Assembly: GCA_964019425.1 (NCBI GenBank)
Contig: OZ025780.1
Coordinates: 1,674,001-1,738,000, forward strand
Reading direction: 5' to 3'
DNA: 64,000 nt
Source of the DNA: Flectonema sp. DT1601
Taxonomy: Eukaryota
Positions 58,279-64,000 of the stretch are shown piece after piece. Under the pieces are notes generated by a model. The model searched no databases. It had not been told where the DNA came from and saw nothing but the letters and a program-made list of their open reading frames with translations. Both the position numbers and the translations under genes were made by a program. The first letter of the stretch is position 1, and every line of letters begins with the position of its first letter.

Positions 58279-58740
58279 GCATTTCCCCTCCTTTTAAAGC
58301 AATGCAGTAGTCACATAATGACCTATTGTGAGACCCAGTTGTCTTTTAGGTTCGTGACTTCAATAGAACTGATATCTGACTAAGTTTTTTGTTTTCCCCC
58401 CTTTCCACTCCTCCACCCCAATCGTATTGAAAAGTTCTGAATGGTTCCTTAAATGTTAAAAGTACATAACTCTAATGAATACATTCAAATAACCCAACAC
58501 ATCGATTCCCTCATCTATTTGCTCTGAGCCTCCTCTTGTGGTTTACACGTGTGGTGTTTTACTGTTCCTGTCGTGTGTTGAAGGCTCACATTAGAGTTGT
58601 ATCATTTAATTAGTAGTCAAATGTTGTTTCTTATCCAGGTACTTATTAGTAATGAAGATGATTAGAACTTTAGTCTACTTGTCTTAATGGTTTAATTTTG
58701 TTTTTCTTTTATGATTATTTCAACCTGAAGGTACAACCCA

Positions 58741-61700
58741 ATGCGAATAAAGATGTGGGTTGTAGCGTGGGTATTGTTGGTGTTGTTGTCTGTTGAGGTG
58801 GCGTCGCAGACGACAACTGCAACACTGACTGCAACCAACTCTTATACAATAACGGATGTGTCATTGTCGTCTTCATTATCTCTGACGGTTGGCTCTTCCA
58901 CACTTACTAGTTCGATAACAAGAACTTTATCAAAGACTCCCTTAACAAGTACAGAGACGGATACATTGCGTTCATTGACACCTTCGTCTACAACGACCGC
59001 TTCTCTCTCTCAAACAGTGAGTATCATTTCTGTGACTCGTACACTAACAGGAACTGGTTCGACTACTATCTCAAACACTCGTACAGCGACATTGGCGTCC
59101 AGTACAAGTACTTTTTCAAAAACAAAAATACTACCGACCGCGACACTTTCTAGCACAAAGACAATAACTGAAGTACCAACAATGACTGCAACACTTGCAT
59201 CCCCTACTGTTACCCAGACATTGGAGAAGGTACCAACAGCAACACTAATTTCTCGAACTGGTACCCAGTCGACAACCTCCAGTAGATCTATTAGTGTTCC
59301 TTCAATGACGAACACGATTACTATTCCGACAGGTACGGTTACTACTTCAGTTACGATACCTGTAATGGTTTCACCAACTATGTCTCGTACGATGATTAAA
59401 TCTACAACTCCGACTGTTGTATCTCTTACTGACACTGGTTCAAATACAGTTCAAATACTTTCCCGCACTGGTACAAGTAGTAAAACAGTTCCAACGTCGA
59501 CACGTACTTCATTGCGAACTGTTAGTTTGTCTCCAACAGCAACAACAACAAGTTCAAAAACAATTGTTGCTTTATCTCTCACCAGAACAGTTAGTGAAAC
59601 AGGTACTTCATCATTACGAACTCTTACTAACTTTATGTCTTCAACATCAACTCAAACGGGTACAGCTTCAGTCACTAATACGGTAGTGTCTCGCACTGGA
59701 ACCGTCAGTAGCACTTTGATAACACCAACGAGTTCTATGTCATTACGAACCCTTACTAAAGTAACATCTTCGACACTAACTGTTGTGTCGCGTACTGATA
59801 CAGAAACCTCGAAAATAACCTCACTTACAAACACAATAAGTAGTACGAGACCTCAGCCAACTAGAACAGGTACATTACGCACTTCTACTAACGTTATATC
59901 TTCAACAGTGACTGTAAGCCGAACGGGTTCTGAAACATTACAACTGAGAACTGATACGGATACTCTTAGTCAAACTCAACAAACTCTTACTCGTACTCCA
60001 TCTTTAAGAACTGGTACTGTGAGTGAGTCTAAAACTCAAACCGAAAGTCGTACTCAAATAGTCCCTCCAACTCCGACTTTCATATCAAGAACGAAAACAC
60101 CTTCACCTACAAGCACACTGACGGGATCACAAACTATTGTCTTACTGCCTTCATTGACAAGTACTCTGCCTACGACTACTCTCCCAACAAGCACAAGAAC
60201 CATTACTGTGGTGACTCCTCCAACCCCAACTGTCGTCTCTCGAACTGGTAGCGCTTCGGCAACAATTAGAATTCCCCCTACAAGTTCGGATACCGTCACT
60301 GTTGTGACCCCTCCTACTCCCACCATCGTTTCTCGTACTAGGAGTGCTTCAGAAACAATTGAAGTACCCGCCACGAGTACGGAAACAGCTACTTCTATTC
60401 TTCCTCCAACTCTCACTGTTGTCTCTCGCACTAGGAGTGTTTCAGCGACAATTGAAGTACCGCCAACTGGTACAAATACTGCCACTGTGATTCCGCCGCC
60501 TACTCCTACTGTCGTCTCTCGGACCAGTAGCGCTTCAGAAACAATTAGAATTCCTCCGACAAGTACGGATACCGTCACTGTTGTGGCTCCTCCTACTCCC
60601 ACCATCGTTTCTCGTACTAGGAGTGCTTCAGAAACAATTGAAGTACCCGCCACGAGAACGGATACCGTCACTGTTGTGACCAGTCCTACTCCCACTATCG
60701 TCTCTCGTACTAGGAGTGTTTCGGAAACAATTAGAATTCCCACGGGAACCGTTACTGTTGTGCCTACTTCAACCCCGACTGTCGGCACTCGCACTGAAAG
60801 TGTTTCACAAACAATTGAAGTACCCGCCACGAGTACGGAAACAGCTACTCCTACTCTTCCTCCAACTCTCACTATGAGCGTCACGAAGACTATTCGAATT
60901 CCACCCACGAGTACTAATACCGTGATCCCATCCCGAACTCCGACTGTTGTCATTCCGACGAGCACTAAGAGTGTTTCAAGAACAATAGAAGTCCCACCAA
61001 CGAGTACTCCTCTCGTATCGCTCACTACCACGCGAACTGATTCAATGACTGTTCAGCAACTATCTAATACAATAACTTTGTTTTCTACACCAACTGTTAC
61101 GAAACAAATCTCATACACAACTACGATGACCAAAACGATAGCAATTCCAGAGTCGAAAACCAAAACCGAAACCAATACGGTAGTTGTAATGAACACGTTG
61201 ACTAATACTATTAATATACCACCCAGTGATACCATCACACAAGACAGAGTTCCTTCTATTACTGAGAGTGTTGTTGTTGTTAATTCAAAAACCGCAACTC
61301 CCGAAAGTGTTGAAACGACTACAGCAACAACAGTTCAGAATCAGAGATCTACTACGATGACAGAAATTAATGTACCAGACAATAGTATGACTGCAACAAC
61401 TAATGGTGTAAGTGGTACTACTGAGTCAGCAACTATTGTACCAGCTGATGGAGGTGTCACAAGTACAGTTACTGAACCAGGTACTACTGTGGCTCCAACA
61501 GCAGCACCTGTCACTGAAACAGTTGTTGTAACTGCTGCTCCTACAGCGGTGCCAACGCCTGCACCTCCAACACCGTCCCCAAGTCTGGCGCCTTGTTTAG
61601 TTTCTGATATTGTTATTCAGCCTTCTGGTATTGTAAACTCATGTTCCTCAACTAATGTATCACACGGATCATTCTGTTCTGGAACTTTTACTGGTTACGC

Positions 61701-63576
61701 TTGTCCAGATGTTGAATGTGTATCAGGAAGATGGATACCTGACACAATACAATGTCGTGAAGTAGGATGTTCATATGATGATTTAGCAATGGTTACTTAT
61801 GATAATTTATATGGAGCGAATTGCAGAGTTGGTGGTCAAGTTGTTAGTGGAGGATCATGTATTTATGTAAGGACTGGTTATGACTGTGGAGAAGCTGTTT
61901 GTGCAATGGGTGCTTGGGCAATGTGGACTGGCTTTCCTCAATGCACAGAATCAAGTTGTTCATTTGATCAATTAGTCATCCCCACAGATGTGACAGCTGC
62001 GGGTACTAACTGTGCTGCGGGAAGTCAAATATCTAGTGGGGAACAATGCAGTTTTACAAAAACGGGAAACACCTGCGAGCCAGCCCTCTGTACCAGAGGA
62101 CTTTGGAACAACACTGTGCCGAGGTGTGAAGAGAACAAATGCCCTTATAATGACATCATTGCACATCCAACAGCTACACCTGTTGGTGTTGGATGCCTCA
62201 GAGATGGAGAGGCTTTGAGTGGATCAAGTTGTATATTTACCCTTCCTGGTCACACTTGCGAATCTGCAATCTGTGATATGGGACTGTGGAATAGTTCCAC
62301 TACAGGAATAACATGTTATCCGAATCCGTGTAATTTTTCATATTCGAGAGTAACAAAACCAACTAGTGATGCACAGCTTACCAATGGATGTAGGGAAGGA
62401 GGTTTGATATTGTCTGGTGATCTCTGTGAAATTACATCAACGGGATCATACTGCGAACCAGTTCTCTGTACTGCTGGTGAATGGAATACAACGTCTCCAG
62501 TTTGTAAGGCGTACGGATGTTTGATATCACAAATTGGAATTCCTACGATGGCATCAGCAGAATGCACGCCTTTAGATAGCAGTTCTAGTGGACTCGCTTT
62601 ACATGGAGCGACGTGTTCTTATGCAAGAGATGGCTTTAGCTGTTCTGAGTCAGTTTGTAATTTTGGTGTTTGGACGGAAGAAGCTCCAGCTTGCAACCCG
62701 AACTCCTGTCTTTTTGATAACCTTCGCTTACCTCGCGATGTTCCTCTTCAAAACGTTGGGTTCGGTTGTTCAGCTGGTAACACAGTAGCACCTAATGCGA
62801 CATGTCACTTTACAGCACCATCTCCTTATAATTGTACGACTGTTCATTGTATTGATGGGTACTGGACTAACGAAACTGTACTTTGTGAAATTGATCCTCT
62901 GCTGGCAGCTGCAAATTCAAAATCCAGCGATGATTCTGGTACGTGGATACTTTTATTTATTATAGTATTGGTAGCTCTTTGTATTTTATGTTGTTGTCTA
63001 GTGGTTGGGTTTATCTTACATAAGAGAGGTGTTGAAGCTGAGAGGGGTGCGATCTCACCTTCTCCTCAGAAATCAGACACTTCAGACGTGGATAGTGACG
63101 TGTCTGATTTAATTGGTATTCCGAACAAGAATGTGTTGGGTCTTCCTCCAGACACACCAAAGAGTAGTGATAGTCCAATGGAAATGGTTAAGAAAGGAAC
63201 GTTTTCAGATCTCTTTAAAGATGGAGATGCTTCTGGAGAGGAACCTGTTACTGTACCTCCTCCTGTTTTAAAGCCACTTCCAATGGCTCCCGTTGGTGAA
63301 CCACCTTCAGCTATGGGAGGCGTTCTTAATCCGTCTGTTTACCAATCTCGTGTGATTCCAAGGATGGGATCTCTCTCTCCTCCGACAGGATTTTCGGGGG
63401 GTCGAGTGAATCCTCCATCTGGGTTCTCTGGAGCAAGAATAGTTCATCATACCCCAAGTAGTCATTATGTACCAATAAACATACCCCCTGCGTCTGTAGA
63501 CAGGACTTCATCCATGTCTCCTGGGGGACGCATTCGAACTAAAGAACCGTTTGTTGGGAATCCATTATCGATTTAG
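58741..63576 (+). CDS. Type I mucin-like surface glycoprotein with Thr/Ser stalk, Cys-rich sushi-like repeats, TM and Pro-rich tail (1611 aa)
   Basis: Signal peptide, about 900 aa T/S-rich region, about seven CxxGxW-containing modules, TM ending CILCCCL. Confidence 0.88.
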   Translation: MRIKMWVVAWVLLVLLSVEVASQTTTATLTATNSYTITDVSLSSSLSLTVGSSTLTSSITRTLSKTPLTSTETDTLRSLTPSSTTTASLSQTVSIISVTRTLTGTGSTTISNTRTATLASSTSTFSKTKILPTATLSSTKTITEVPTMTATLASPTVTQTLEKVPTATLISRTGTQSTTSSRSISVPSMTNTITIPTGTVTTSVTIPVMVSPTMSRTMIKSTTPTVVSLTDTGSNTVQILSRTGTSSKTVPTSTRTSLRTVSLSPTATTTSSKTIVALSLTRTVSETGTSSLRTLTNFMSSTSTQTGTASVTNTVVSRTGTVSSTLITPTSSMSLRTLTKVTSSTLTVVSRTDTETSKITSLTNTISSTRPQPTRTGTLRTSTNVISSTVTVSRTGSETLQLRTDTDTLSQTQQTLTRTPSLRTGTVSESKTQTESRTQIVPPTPTFISRTKTPSPTSTLTGSQTIVLLPSLTSTLPTTTLPTSTRTITVVTPPTPTVVSRTGSASATIRIPPTSSDTVTVVTPPTPTIVSRTRSASETIEVPATSTETATSILPPTLTVVSRTRSVSATIEVPPTGTNTATVIPPPTPTVVSRTSSASETIRIPPTSTDTVTVVAPPTPTIVSRTRSASETIEVPATRTDTVTVVTSPTPTIVSRTRSVSETIRIPTGTVTVVPTSTPTVGTRTESVSQTIEVPATSTETATPTLPPTLTMSVTKTIRIPPTSTNTVIPSRTPTVVIPTSTKSVSRTIEVPPTSTPLVSLTTTRTDSMTVQQLSNTITLFSTPTVTKQISYTTTMTKTIAIPESKTKTETNTVVVMNTLTNTINIPPSDTITQDRVPSITESVVVVNSKTATPESVETTTATTVQNQRSTTMTEINVPDNSMTATTNGVSGTTESATIVPADGGVTSTVTEPGTTVAPTAAPVTETVVVTAAPTAVPTPAPPTPSPSLAPCLVSDIVIQPSGIVNSCSSTNVSHGSFCSGTFTGYACPDVECVSGRWIPDTIQCREVGCSYDDLAMVTYDNLYGANCRVGGQVVSGGSCIYVRTGYDCGEAVCAMGAWAMWTGFPQCTESSCSFDQLVIPTDVTAAGTNCAAGSQISSGEQCSFTKTGNTCEPALCTRGLWNNTVPRCEENKCPYNDIIAHPTATPVGVGCLRDGEALSGSSCIFTLPGHTCESAICDMGLWNSSTTGITCYPNPCNFSYSRVTKPTSDAQLTNGCREGGLILSGDLCEITSTGSYCEPVLCTAGEWNTTSPVCKAYGCLISQIGIPTMASAECTPLDSSSSGLALHGATCSYARDGFSCSESVCNFGVWTEEAPACNPNSCLFDNLRLPRDVPLQNVGFGCSAGNTVAPNATCHFTAPSPYNCTTVHCIDGYWTNETVLCEIDPLLAAANSKSSDDSGTWILLFIIVLVALCILCCCLVVGFILHKRGVEAERGAISPSPQKSDTSDVDSDVSDLIGIPNKNVLGLPPDTPKSSDSPMEMVKKGTFSDLFKDGDASGEEPVTVPPPVLKPLPMAPVGEPPSAMGGVLNPSVYQSRVIPRMGSLSPPTGFSGGRVNPPSGFSGARIVHHTPSSHYVPINIPPASVDRTSSMSPGGRIRTKEPFVGNPLSI
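60205..60960 (+). repeat. Coding tandem repeat, 93-nt (31-aa) unit, about 7-8 copies
   Basis: Repeated VVxPPTPTxVSRTxSxSETIxxPxTxTxTxT; unit starts at 60205 and 60298 are 93 nt apart. Confidence 0.9.
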
Positions 63577-64000
63577 TGTCTTTTATTTATCGACTGCTAT
63601 TTCTTATTCGTTTATTTAGAAATTGGAAGAAAAGGGGAAAAAGAAAAAAAAAAAAAAAAAGAAATAAATAAAGAATCTGTCTATGTTACTCATCATTTCT
63701 TGATGAAGTTTGCTACGTATTTTTGTCATAACAACTTCCTTATTTCGAAGGTCATTTATTTGAATTCTTCATTCACTTTTTCTTAATGTTTTACGATCGT
63801 TTATCTCTGTCTATGACATTTAATTTAGCGAGGGTCTTGCCGTAGTGATTTGAAAAAAAAAATGAATAAAAAAAATTAAATAACAATAATGGATACGCCT
63901 AGAATGAACCTCAGATTACTTGTGCGTTGTTGTTTTTTTAACAAAACTTTTTTTTTGTTGCACCGACGAAGTCGGAGAAGGAAAAACTATTCAGATTAAG

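Noticed and set aside
59010..61238. Long minus-strand Val-rich ORFs (59010..59435, 60054..61031; also 48817..49227)
   Set aside because: Antisense shadows of Thr/Pro-rich repeats (ACN codons read as Val/Gly-rich); no independent coding signal
1..64000. Spliced-leader RNA gene, snRNA genes, CRISPR array, autonomous transposon ORF, alternative genetic code
   Set aside because: No SL exon core or snRNA motif recognised by eye, no repeat-spacer array, no RT or transposase motifs; TAA, TAG and TGA all act as stops at the expected protein ends

Overview
AT-rich eukaryotic nuclear DNA with long poly(A)/poly(T) tracts. It holds 24 predicted protein-coding genes and one duplicated pseudogene, all on the + strand. 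Many start codons have a pyrimidine tract plus AG a short way upstream, and nine short GT-AG introns restore reading frames exactly. One-strand gene order, probable SL trans-splice acceptors, real cis introns, a kinetoplastid-like NDUFS7 and an EExxRxxI-repeat protein suggest a euglenozoan, most likely a diplonemid (inference). Recognisable genes are two F-box/LRR paralogues, a cysteine synthase-glutaredoxin fusion, a DUF3431 protein, NDUFS7, a GT61 glycosyltransferase, a Cu(I) P1B-ATPase, DPY30, CCDC86/Cgr1, a pectin acetylesterase and two mucin-like membrane proteins. The best leads are four. (1) Cis introns are near-constant in length with A-rich 3' ends, while putative trans-splice sites are pyrimidine-rich. 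(2) A membrane-anchored tandem class-V PLP enzyme has two halves that appear reciprocally degenerate. (3) An ART-like/NACHT/ankyrin protein has an NLR-like layout. (4) An LSU rRNA fragment and several hairpin-containing dispersed repeats lie in the intergenic DNA. All family assignments are by eye from motifs; no searches were run.
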